Source: Octopus sinensis
Lineage: Eukaryota
Direction of reading: 5' to 3'
Assembly: GCF_006345805.1 (NCBI RefSeq)
Contig: NC_042998.1
Location: 3,534,001 to 3,598,000 of the forward strand
Length of the DNA: 64,000 nt
The translations under genes were made by a program, and so were the position numbers. Below are positions 14,057-26,519 of the stretch, piece after piece (within the stretch, counting starts at the first letter, position 1; every line of letters begins with the position of its first letter). Below the pieces are notes generated by a model. It was not told the DNA's origin. It made no database searches and saw only the letters and a program-made list of their open reading frames with translations.

Positions 14057-14351
14057 AAGTGGCCCAGTGGTTAGGGCAGCGGACTCGCGGTAGGAGGATC
14101 GCGGTTTCGATTCCCAGACCGGGCGTTGTCTGTGTTTATTGAGCGAAAATACCTAAAATCTCCACGATGCTCCGGCAGGGGGTGGTGGCGACCCCTGGTG
14201 TACACTTTCGCCCCAGCTTTCTCTCACTCTTTCTTCCTGTTTCTTGAGTAACACTGCGATGGACTGGCGTCCCGTTCAGGTGTGGGGAACACATACGTCA
14301 TAGAAACCGGGAAACGGGGCCCATGAGCCTGGCTAGGCTTGAAAAGGGCGC
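14057..14351 (+). mobile_element. Body-A SINE
   Basis: GGCCCAGTGGTTAGGGCAGCGGACTCGCGG...GGCTTGAAAAGGGCGC. Confidence 0.8.
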
Positions 14352-15684
14352 ATAAATAAATTTAAAAAATACTGCAGTAACATGACGAGTAGAGAAATAA
14401 AATAAAAAGCTCAGCTGTGCAAGTGCGGACATAAAAACGTCTTTGGTGGTTTGTGAACATGAGAAGAGGCTTAGTCTCTCTCTAATAAATAATGGAAAAC
14501 CCTACTTAACATAACGAGAAAATCACAAAATGAACCATTAGTTCGCTGATCGAGATAGCTGTATACGGGTACTTGAATCGAAAAACCAGGCCATGGAGGG
14601 AATAAACCATGCTGAAAGCCTAATAAAAAGTACCAACGAATTTATAGCATTTCACGTTAAATGTAACTTCTATGAAGCCCAAAAGCAGGAGATCCACCTC
14701 ATCGCTAAATTCTGTCTTTACAAAAGACAGCAAATATCGTCAAGTAGTGTTGACAACGCAAAACCATGAAAGCATTAACTACATGTTTGTTAAATGTGAC
14801 AGAATGACTACGAGATATTATTTTCTTACAAGGAACGATGTGGCCATATCAATCCAGTTAATGCTGAGACGAATGGAGCAAATAATATTACAGGGACCTC
14901 AGAATAAAAAGAGCAATGGCATTACAATGCAAGCGACCTTGAATACGATAAGAAGATTACTTCCCGACTGTATGGTTCCGGGTGAGTGCAGTCTCACACC
15001 GTCGCACTTTGGGCAAAGCGTCTTCTATTATAGACCCGGGTAAACCAAAGCCTTGTGAATAGGTTTAGGAGACGGAAAATGAAAGAAGCCCATCGTGTAT
15101 ATGTATATGATGGACTCTCCCATCGGTTTCCATGTATGAGGATCCGACAACCTACACTTTCTTTGTCAGTCATAATGCTTATATCGAATGTGACTTTTAA
15201 GTCCCGCCAACGATTTGCAAAAAAGCCCACAGATCCTGTAAGTATGAGCATTACGGGTCAGTGCAGGGGGTATACTTGCAGCCGCTTTTCTCCTTTGCCT
15301 TGCACCCCGAAGCATGTTAATGCTGGTTGTAACAAACTTTCTAATACAAAGTTTCTAATATATATACATGTGTGTGTGTATGTGCCTGAGTGTCTGTGAG
15401 TGTATATACGTGTGTGTGATTGTGTGTCTCTTTGTATTTGTGTTTGTTAACCACTACCGATTGACAACCGGTGTTTATTTACATCTCAGTAACTTAGCTG
15501 TTCTACAAAAAGAGACCGATAGAGTAAGTATCGGGCTTAGAAAAACTGATTGTACTGCCATCGATTTGTTCGACTAAATCCTCTAAGGCAGTCTAATGAT
15601 CAAAGTAAAAGAGGCAGATGAGGCAAAATATACATATATAAATATACATATACACGTACATTATATATAAATATATATATATAT

Positions 15685-15916
15685 CTTTTACTCTTTTACT
15701 TGTTTCAGTCATTTGACTGCGGCCATGTTCGAGCACCGCCTTTAGTCGAGCAAATCGACCCCAGGACTTATTCTTTGTAAGCCTAGTACTTATTCTATCG
15801 GTCTCTTTTGCCGAACCGCTAAGTTACGGGGAGGTAAACACACCAGCATCGGGTCTCAAGCGATGTTGGGAGGACAAATACAGACACGCAAACACGCAGG
15901 CACACGCACACACACA

Positions 15917-15964
<48 letters not shown>

Positions 15965-16115
15965 CATGTACGACGGGCTTCTTTCAGTTTCTGTCTACCA
16001 AATTCACTTACAAGGCTTTGGTCGGCCCGAGGCTATAGTAGAAGACACTTGCCCAAGGTGCCACGCATGGGACTGAACCCGGAACCATGTGGTTGGTAAC
16101 TAAGCTACTTACCAC
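15685..16115 (-). mobile_element. GTGGCTGTGTGGTAAG-family SINE
   Basis: Nearly colinear with 6152-6567. Confidence 0.8.
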
Positions 16116-16361
16116 ATTCATGCATACTTGCATATGTCTTTTCCATTTTTTCTGTGGGCAGTAAATGAGTATTAGAGATCTGAAGAGATAGTGATAACCT
16201 CGAAACTTGTCAGATCGATTTCCTTTTGTGTCAGAGAAAAAAATCTATAGTATAGTCAACATTTTAACTTCCACTCCAAGTGTAACGTGTGTGTGTTTAC
16301 TAATATCATATGCTCGTGTATTTATTTTACACACACACATACATAAATATGTGTGTGTGTG

Positions 16362-16420
<59 letters not shown>

Positions 16421-16929
16421 TATATATATACTTGAGAGGAGACACATCTGCAACTACGATGCACCACGAATGTTTGTAAATCATCTCACCTGCACAGTAC
16501 CGGTGCATGATGGATAGAAGCGATCGTAGTGAATAAAAAGTCTCGTGAATTCCATTTTTTTTCTCATTTTTTAATATACGTATGCATATATTTTCATCTC
16601 TCCCTCCCTCTCCACACACACGTTCAAGCATACCTTACATGCGTGCACACAAGCGCACACGCGCTCACAAAATTCATCTTACCGGTTGATTACTTATTTC
16701 TCTTTGGCAATCTAATTAGCAGTCGTCTTGTTAGTAAAAAAAAATCAATCTCATTATAAATAATTATAAGGTGAAGAAAGGACAAAATTCATTAATAACC
16801 AATATAATTTGAATATACTCGTTAATAAGATGCGTGGGGGTTGCATTAACATATGGTGAAAACTTGATTTTTTGTGTGTGTGTGTGTGGCTGGCATGCCG
16901 AATGTTCTTGTTAATTTGTTGTCCTGTAA

Positions 16930-17548
16930 GGCGGCGAGCTGGCAGAAACGTTAGCACGCCGGGCGAAATACTTTGTAGTATTTCGTCTGTCTGTATGTTT
17001 TGAGTTCAAATTCCGCCGAGGTCGACTTTGCTTTTTATCCTTTCGGGGTCGATTAAATAAGTACCAGTTACGCACTGGGGTAGATATAATCGACTTAATC
17101 CCTTTGTCTGTCCTTGTTTGTCCTCTCTGTGTTTAGCCCCTTGTGGGTAGTAAAGAAATAGGCATTTCGTCTGCTGTTACCTTTTGAGTTCAAATTCCGT
17201 CGAGGTCGACTTTGCCTTTCATCCTTTCGGGGTCGATTAAATAAGTACCAGTTACGCACTGGGGTAGATATAATCGACTTAATCCGTTTGTCTGTCCTTG
17301 TTTGTCCCCTCTATGTTTAGCCCCTTGTGGGCAATAAAGAAATAAGAAACGTTAGCACGCCGGGCAGAATGCGTAGCGGTGTTTCGTCTATCTTTACGTT
17401 CTGAGTTCAAATTCTGCCGAGGTCAATTTTGCTTTTCATCTTTCAGGGACGATAAATTAAGTACCAGTTGCGTACTGAGGTCGACCTAATCAACTGCCCC
17501 ACCTCCCCCAAAATTTCGGGCCTTGTGCCAAGTGTAGAAAAGAATCTA
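16930..17548 (+). mobile_element. Trimeric composite of the same SINE
   Basis: Units 16930-17160, 17161-17344 and 17345-17548. TSD TTGTCCTGTAA at 16919-29 and 17549-59. Confidence 0.85.
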
Positions 17549-17639
17549 TTGTCCTGTAAAATGCATCATTACTTTAGTCTGTTATCTGTAGAGTTGCACA
17601 TCAGTCACAAACGGGTATATGGTGGGATGGATGAATTCA

Positions 17640-18200
17640 GACAGTCTGTGTAGGGGTGCGGAGTTATCTGGCTGATGAGTGAGAGAGTGGTTGTTTGGGT
17701 GACTGGACAAATGGATGAATGGATGGAAGGAAAGAGAGACGAATAAAGAAACAGCTGGATGGGCCGATATCGGGATGAGTGGATGGCTGCATGGATGGAT
17801 TGATTTGATGGTTTCTGGATGGATACTCGCATGGATGGATGGACGGATAGGTGGAAGGAGGAAGGAATGAATAAGCGGCTAGACGGGCGAAAGGCGGCAG
17901 GGTGGCTGGCTTGATCGATGGATGGACGAATAGGGAAGAGGAGAGATGAGATGAATGAATAAACAGCTGGATGGGGCGAAAGACAGACGGGTGGATGGAT
18001 GGATGGATGATAGCATATTTGTAAAAATAGACAACAGATGGTTAGATGGATAGATCGATCGACTGACTGAGAATCTGTTGACTGGATGGATGGATTGATG
18101 GACCAATGAAAAGATGGTTTGATGGATAATTGGGATTATTGAACATAGAAACCGACTGATGGAGGATGAGATAAGTGAACTGGTGAATAAATAGATGGAG
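17640..18200. repeat. Decayed (GGAT/GAAT)n low-complexity tract
   Basis: Recurrent GATGGATGGA motifs. Confidence 0.7.
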
Positions 18201-18343
18201 AGTGGAGAGGTCGGCTCACACTTTGTAAGTTGATAAAAAGAAAGATGAAATAAAATAAAAAAAAATAAAAACGAGAGAATCATATCCCGTACACATATAC
18301 CGAAGTTATCATCTCTTTCATGTCAGGCTTCACACATGCGCCT

Positions 18344-18413
<70 letters not shown>

Positions 18414-18632
18414 CGACAGCTGACTTATATGTAAAGACTTAGGCATGCATGCTCGCATGCGTATACAGAAGAGCACGTATACGCGTGTACGTCTGCGTGC
18501 AGTGTTCGATCTCGTAGATGAAATCATCTGTCTGTTCGCCTGCCTGCCTGTCTGATTATTTGCCTTTTTCTATCTGTCTATCTATCTATCTATCTATCTG
18601 TCTATCTATCTATCTATCTGTCTATCTATCTG

Positions 18633-18719
<87 letters not shown>

Positions 18720-18730
18720 GTCTGTCTATA

Positions 18731-18775
<45 letters not shown>

Positions 18776-18780
18776 GTCTG

Positions 18781-21426
18781 CAACGAGGCAACAGAGCCAC
18801 CATCAAGTCTCTTATAGATGAACAGGGGCGCGAATTGCTCGAGCCTAAAAGGATGTGTGGGGTTTTTCAACAACACTTCACCCAACTGTTTGGGACAAGT
18901 GGTGAGTCAGAAAGCAGAGTGGACTTTAGTGCCTACCTGCATGCCTTGCCACGACTCTCAGCAAGGGAGGTGGAGTCTTGTGAAAAGTCTATCACAGCTG
19001 CGGACGTACAGGATGCGATGGTAGGCTGCGCGAGAGACAAGTCACCAGGCTTGGATGGTCTGCCCTACGAATTTTATTTTCATATGCCAGACTTGTTTGG
19101 AGGCGTCTTGGCAGCTGTCTACTGCAACTGGCAGCAGAACGGGAGTATTCCTGCTTTTGTAAAGCGAGGAGCAGTGGCACTGATCAAGAAAGACCCAAAC
19201 AAGGGGGACGTCATAGAAATTTCAGGCCCATCACTCTGCTCAACGCAGATTTGAAAATTTTGGCCAAGTGTTAGCCGAGAGGTTGGCGCTTGTCATCAAG
19301 AAACTAATCGACAAGGCGCAAACATGCGCCGTGCCGGGTAGAAGTATTCATGACAACCTCCATCTGATGCGCTACATCATAGACAGGGTAGTTAAAAATC
19401 CTGGCATGGGTGGGGCGCTGATCAATTTGGATCAATCAAAAGCCTTCGATAGGGTAGACCATCACTACTTGGAGGCTGTCCTCAAAGCGGCTGGTTTCGG
19501 TCCAGTTTTCTGCGGTTGGATCGCTGCCTTATACAGCGGCATCCGCTCAGTAGTTCGCGTAAATGGTCATCTATCCAGACCTTTTAACATCATGCGTTCG
19601 GTTCGTCAGGGATGCCCCCTCTCATCGCTGCTGTATGTATGACTCTTGAGCCACTACTGCGGAAACTGGCGACGCTGAGGGGCATCCACGAGAGCTTGGA
19701 TGCGGGAGGAGCGTGTCTGCATACGCGGATGACGTCACCGTCATAGTGTCGAGCTACGAGCACATCGAGCTGGTCGGCGAGACACTGAAAGAATACGAAG
19801 CGGTAACGGAGCAAAAATTAACCGGGAAAAGTCAGTGGGCTTGCGGCTCGGCACCTGGAGAAGCAAGCCCATGCCGTCCAACAGCGTCTCCATCGTGGGA
19901 CGCTGGACGGACGGACCGGTTAAATTGCTCGGGGTCTGGTTCGGTCCGGACCTCCAAATGGAGAAGAACTGGGGCGAGATAACGACTAGGGTGGCTACTC
20001 TCACCCAGAAATGGACTGAGAGAAAGCTATCCCTAAAAGGTCGGGCGGAGGTGGCGAACGCGTACATCGCATCCGTCATCGAGTATCGTCTGACCGTCGT
20101 GCCTTGTCCCGACCCTACCATCACCAAACTGGAACGCATACTCTTCCGCTTCTGTGTGAAGGGAAACGTTCCGATGGTTAGGCGATCCATTTGCTGCCAA
20201 CACCCGCTAAATGGAGGGCTGGGCATGCCGTGGTGATGATGCGCAGACATGCGCTGAGACTGCGACATCTCCGGCGCTTCATAGACAACGGTGAACAGGG
20301 GTGGTCGCCTTTTGTGCGGCGCGCTTTCCCGCAGCTCGTCTCCTTGGACGAACTACAGTCATGGATCAAGCAGAGACCGAGGCTAGGCGAATGGCACCGC
20401 GAGTGTCGCGTTGCTCTCAAGCAACTCTGCCGTCCGGGATCGAATTTGTGCGACTCCATCACAACAAAGGCATTCTATAGAGGATTAGTGGGGGGGGAGG
20501 TGCGACGACGAACTCGGGCAGAGTCTGGGCGTCGACGAGGAACACCTGACCCGCCTGTTCAGGACAACTTCGGGCCGGGACCTATGAACAATCACCAAAG
20601 ATCCCTGGCCTGGCAGTGCTATCGAGAAGCATTACCTGTTCGGGATAAGCTCTACAGACACGGTTCCAGACACACTGGACCGACTTGCCCGAGATGCGGT
20701 CAGAGCGACGAAACCGTTCTGCACGCACTCGTGCAATGTCCAACCATTCCGACCTGTGGGCTTATGCCGAACGGCTGCTGTCACGTGTGGGCCGAATCCG
20801 CCTATCGGCCGAGTCTATCGTGAGAATTGCTCCGCCCCCTTCCCTCAACCGGGAAGGCAAGGCAGTTTTCATCGTACTGGTGGCCATGGTGAAAGAATGT
20901 GTGTGGTGGACTCGAGCGAAAGGATTAGAGACAAACACTTACCTCTCTGGCCAATCGCTCATCAACTTTTTCAAGTACCACTTGAAAAGGAAGGTGAGAA
21001 TGGAGAGGGAAGTTTTGTCTCGCGAAAGATTCAAAAAAAGATGGGTGAATGTTGCAAAGATGGTGCGTGCTAGTAACGAAACCATTTTGAGCATGATTCT
21101 GTAGATTGTAAAAAAGAAAGAAAGAGAGCATTTTTGACCTCATGTGTTTATTTCCTCCCTGACTGGGGTTCCCGTGGTCTTTTCTGTAGGCTTTTCTTCC
21201 CACGGATGAACCCAATCTTGTTATATCAATGTTTACACCATTATTTCTGTGATACACGATTTTCTTTTTTTCCTTTTTTTTTTTTTTTTTTTTTTTTTCC
21301 TCCTTTCGATCCCTTTTGATCGCAATCTTACATTTTTTTTTTTTTTTTTCTCACCCTCGAAAAGAAAAGCTCTGCATTTGTATTTGTCCCCTCTGTATTC
21401 AGCCCTGTGTGGCTAATAAAAGAAAG
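18781..21426 (+). mobile_element. 5'-truncated Tx1/L1-clade LINE (ORF2 RT + zinc finger + 3'UTR), disrupted
   Basis: ORF pieces give KSPGLDGLPYEFY, LDQSKAFDRV, RQGCPLS, YADD, GGLGMP and CPRCGQSDETVLHALVQCP, with frameshifts and stops. The 3'UTR ends ...GGCTAATAAAAGAAAG. Both flanks are (TCTA/TCTG)n. Confidence 0.93.
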
Positions 21427-21433
21427 TTATCTG

Positions 21434-21484
<51 letters not shown>

Positions 21485-21501
21485 GTCTGTCTATATATCT
21501 G

Positions 21502-21678
<177 letters not shown>

Positions 21679-21735
21679 TTTACCTGTCTACACGCATACT
21701 CACATGTGCGTATGTATGTGTATATGCTTGTGTAC

Positions 21736-21781
<46 letters not shown>

Positions 21782-22130
21782 ATTTATATATGTGTGTTTG
21801 CGCGCCCACATGCTAATCTGCTGGTGATTGCACTCTGTAAAACAATTTTCTTTGCTTTTCAATTATTTCTGAATTCTTTGCTGTGTTTTAGCCATCAGAC
21901 CAAGGCCATACTGGAGCACCATTTTATTTCGAATTTATGTGAATGTCTATAGAATAAAGTTAAAACAGTCTGGTTTTCACGTTTTTTTTATTATGGTATT
22001 TTAACAAAATTAGTGCTATACCATAAAAAAAGCGTGAAAACCAGACCATGTGTTAACATATATTCATCTGATATATATATATATATATATATGTATGTTG
22101 TATGTATGCATGTATGTATATATATTATAT

Positions 22131-22176
<46 letters not shown>

Positions 22177-22271
22177 CATACATACATGCATACATATATA
22201 TGAACATATACATACATATATATATATACATATACATACATATATATATACATATACATACATACATATAT

Positions 22272-22308
<37 letters not shown>

Positions 22309-22434
22309 CAACAATTGAGGGCAAAATTAATTATTAATTATTATCAATTCACCAAGTGTTCAGTATGCAAAGGGACCATCAAGGCGAATTCAAATTATTA
22401 TTATATAAAAGGGCTTAGTAAAATAAAGCCCTTT

Positions 22435-22502
<68 letters not shown>

Positions 22503-22759
22503 CGGGAAGCTTTATGAAAATAAACAAAAGACGAAGGCAGGTGGAAAACAAACGAACAATTGTATTAGTATGGCGCTCAGGAAATATAAATAAAACAAGT
22601 CTTTAACGTTTCGAGCCTACGCTCTTCAACAGAAAGATACACAGAGAGAGAAAAACACAGAAAGAAGGAGAGAAAAAAAATGCGTGCAGTAGCTAACGAA
22701 TCAACATGGCGATATATATATATATATGCATATATATATGTGTGTGTGTGTGTGTTGTT

Positions 22760-23224
22760 TACAGAGAAAGAGAGAGAGAAAGAAAAGAGAGAAAATGAAA
22801 TGGACAGGCGTACAGTCAGACAGAGTGATTGTATAAGGGAGGTATGAGAAAGAGTTGGATTTTAGAAAGAAGAGAAAATATAAAAAACAAAGAAAAGAGT
22901 TACATAAAAAAAGAGTCGGAGCGACAAGAGCGGTAGAGAGAGAGAGCGTGAGAGGATGTGAGGAGGTGAAGAGTAAAACTCTGAAATGGCAGAGAGAGAG
23001 AGAGACAGACAGAGACAGAGACAGAGAGGGAGAGAGTGGAGACAGAGACAGACAGATAGAGACAGAGAGGGAGAGGTGGTTTGTGTATGTGGGTGTGTCT
23101 GCATGTGCGTTCGTGTGTGTGTGTGTTAATAGGGGGTAAGAGAAGGGCGGAGAGTAATAGTAATAGTAATAAATGTGTGTAAAATGAAAAGGAGTAGAAG
23201 AGGGAAGAGGGAAAATGAAAGCGC

Positions 23225-23259
<35 letters not shown>

Positions 23260-23900
23260 TTGATGAGAGAGAAAGAGAGAGAGATTTAAGAAAGAGATAG
23301 TCTTGATGAGAGAGAGAGAGAGAAGAGAGATAGATTTAAGAAAGAGACAGTCTTGATGAGAGAGAGAGAGTGAGAGAGAAAGAGATAGATGTGGAAAGAG
23401 GCAGAGAGTTTCAGTGAGAGGGACAGGAAGAGTGAGATAGTATGGTTGAGGCAAGGCTGTTCTGTATTTATGGTTAAGCGAAAGAGAGAGAGAGAAAAGG
23501 TGAAAGGGAGAGAGAGACAGAAAGATAAAAGAAAGGGGGGGTTATATCTGGAGAGAGTAGTAGGAAGAGTGGAAGTAATGCGTGTGTGCGCGCGAGCGAA
23601 AGTTTGTAACGGTCTGTGTATGTGTGTGTTTGCGTGTGTGAGTGTGTGTATGTTAGTGTGTCGGAGCATCTTTATATTTACATGTGTGTGTGTGTGTGTG
23701 TGCGAGAGAGTGTGCGTGCGTGAGTGCTCGCTCGCATGCACGTCTGAGTGCGTGTGTGTGTGTGTGTGTGTACTTGTGTGAGTATGTGCGTGCTTGCGCG
23801 TCGGACCAGTTTATATTTACATATGTGTGTGATTGTGTGTGTGGGATTGTGTGTGTGTGTGTACTGTTTGTGTGTGTGTGTGTGTGTGCGTATGCGCATC
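22760..23900. repeat. Long compound GA- then GT-rich low-complexity block
   Basis: (GA)n and (GT)n mosaics, with a short internal tandem GTCTTGATGAGAG...GATTTAAGAAAGAGA at ~23257-23365. Confidence 0.8.
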
Positions 23901-24063
23901 TGGGAAAGAGAAAGTGTAGTAAAATAGTCAAAAGAAGGCGGGGATAGTGAGAGGAGGAAAGATAATTAGAGTTAGTTCTGGTAAAGAAGAAGAGAGGAGA
24001 CAAGAGTAGCGAAGTACTACATCGGTGAGAGGAGGGAAGAAATACACACACACATACACATAC

Positions 24064-24133
<70 letters not shown>

Positions 24134-24656
24134 TTATTTCTATATATGTATATACATTTCTCTTTTTTATTCTTTTTTTGTATGAATACATAGAGAGAGA
24201 GAAAGCGGTAGAAAGCGTGCATTTATTTAAATAGTTGGTCTATGGTGATTTTTTGTACATACGTATGGTGTCCGTTTAGCATGTAGCTTATAGCTCCTCG
24301 TTTTGGACCCAGCTACCCGACAAGACAGATAGACCGGAGAGAAAGAGAGAGAGAGAGTTCGAAAGAATTCTCGTTTGGACCCTATTACCAGCTGTTTATT
24401 CAGTTTTCTTTGAGAGTGAAGGAAAAAAAAGCAAAAAAAAAAAAGTAACAAAATAAAAAAAAGGAAACTTCGAAAAGCTACCCCTCCCCTTTTCTAATAC
24501 ACCACCAACATACTCATCTCATCATCCCTTTCATTACCGTTACCAATACTGTCACAGCCAGCTCTATCATCATCATCATCATCATCATTATTATCATTAT
24601 TATTATTATTATTATTAAATATTGTTGAGGCGGGTTTTTTCGTTTAGCAAATATTT

Positions 24657-24722
<66 letters not shown>

Positions 24723-25039
24723 GGTAGAAAGTTGAAAAGTATCACACGAGTTGATATGTATAAAAGAAAATAGGACAAGGTAGAAAATGCTAAAATAATT
24801 TTATCATTAAAAAACATTTTAACACCGGTTTCAGTCTTTGCGACTTTTTCAACTTTGAATAAATCATGAAAAAGAATTAAATTGTGGAAAAATTAAATGA
24901 AATGTTGTTTTTTTTTTTAATATTTCCATAGATTTTTGAAATAAGTGGGACATTTTCATTTTTTTTTTTTTCCCCTGTCTCTCTTTTTTTTTTACTTTTG
25001 TGAAGGTAGGTAGTAGTAACAGATCTGAAGAAATATTTG

Positions 25040-25070
<31 letters not shown>

Positions 25071-25397
25071 ATCCACGTTGCTTTCTCGCCATTGTCATCA
25101 CTATCATATCAACGCCACCACCACCACCACCGCCACCGCCGCCATCGTCATCGTCATCGTCATCATCATTTATCTTCTCACACCTATACACTTTCCTCTA
25201 CTGGTATAAAACTTCTTCATCGAGCGTCACACGTAACCGGCTTTGTCAGCTTCACTAATGTCACTAACATTGTCATCATCGTGGTCGTCGCCATCATCAT
25301 CGTCAACACCATAGTCGCCGTCGTCGTCATCATCATCCTCATCATCGCCGCCATCACCGACACCATTCTCGCTATTATTACATTACAAAACACCACA

Positions 25398-25533
25398 TTA
25401 TCATCACCGTTATCATCACCGTTATCATCACCGTTATCATCACCGTTATCATCACCGTTATCATCACCGTTATCATCACCGTTATCATCACCGTTATCAT
25501 CACCGTTATCATCACCGTTATCATCACCGTTAT
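25398..25533. repeat. 12-bp minisatellite (TTATCATCACCG)x~11 within a trinucleotide mosaic
   Basis: Directly visible perfect units. Confidence 0.95.
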
Positions 25534-26330
25534 CAACAGCAGCAGCAGCGGCAGTTGTAGCAGTAGTAGCAGCAGCAGCAGCAGCATCAACCTCGTCATC
25601 GTAATCATCACCCGCCGTCCCCTTCAATTTACAAGTTTTTTTTATATTTGTTGTTGTTTTTACTACTACTATCACTACTACAACTACTACTTCAACCGCC
25701 ACCAAGTTCCACTATTGTTATTGCTGCTGCTACTGATGTTATTCGTGTGATTGTTGTTGCTGTTGTTGTTCCAGTAGTAGTAGTAGTAGTAGTAGCAGTA
25801 GTAGTTAGTGGTAAGTTAGTTGTTAGACGACGGGCTACTACTACCACCATCACTTCCACGACGAAGACGCTGTTATTTATTTATATATATATATATATAT
25901 TTGTATATACATATATATGCATAGATATATATAGTATATACATACATATATATATATATTCTCTTCACAACATCTATAGATGCTGTTACTGTTATCATTC
26001 GTCCCGTCGTTATCATTCTAATGTCTTTTTCTTTTTTGTTAAAAACCCCTAAAACAAAAAATCAACGATGTGATAATATATATATATACCTATATCTATA
26101 TATTTAATTTTTTTTTCGTATCAACCTGTCCACGTTCGTCTTTATAGTTTAAATATCTCCCAATGAATGTTGTATCATTATCATCTTCGTTATGTTATAA
26201 CTACTTTATTATTATTATTACATGTAAGCATTCCAACTCTTCCAAACATAGCTAAAACTAACTCGAAACTTGCCTGCTTCCTTCTCTCTTTCTCTCCATC
26301 TCTTGTTATTATTATAAACAAACAAACGAC

Positions 26331-26433
26331 ATGTCGCTAACTTTGCGGCAACGGCTTTTACATATTCTTCTTGTAATAACTTCGGTGCACTCAGCTGTCT
26401 TACGTGATTACAATTTGCCGGATACACGACAAG
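26331..26433 (+). CDS. ADAMTS: ADAMTS-family metalloprotease, first coding exon (signal peptide): MSLTLRQRLLHILLVITSVHSAVLRDYNLPDTRQ+G
   Basis: ATG at 26331 and 34 open codons with a basic N-region and hydrophobic core (LLHILLVITSV). Ends G|GTAAGT (donor 26434), phase 1, matching the phase of the exon at 48772 (G+GA = Gly). Confidence 0.85.
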
Positions 26434-26519
26434 GTAAGTCCCATGTTTCCTTGCATTATTTATCAATTGCTTTATTTACTTATTCATTTAGCATGTGATA
26501 CGGTTATAAATATTTTTGG

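Noticed and set aside
18781-21104. Active reverse transcriptase gene
   Set aside because: 5'-truncated (no endonuclease or ORF1), with multiple frameshifts and stops.
25056-25705. Long ORFs on both strands (182 and 162 aa)
   Set aside because: Produced by trinucleotide and 12-mer repeats; no splice signals or domain.
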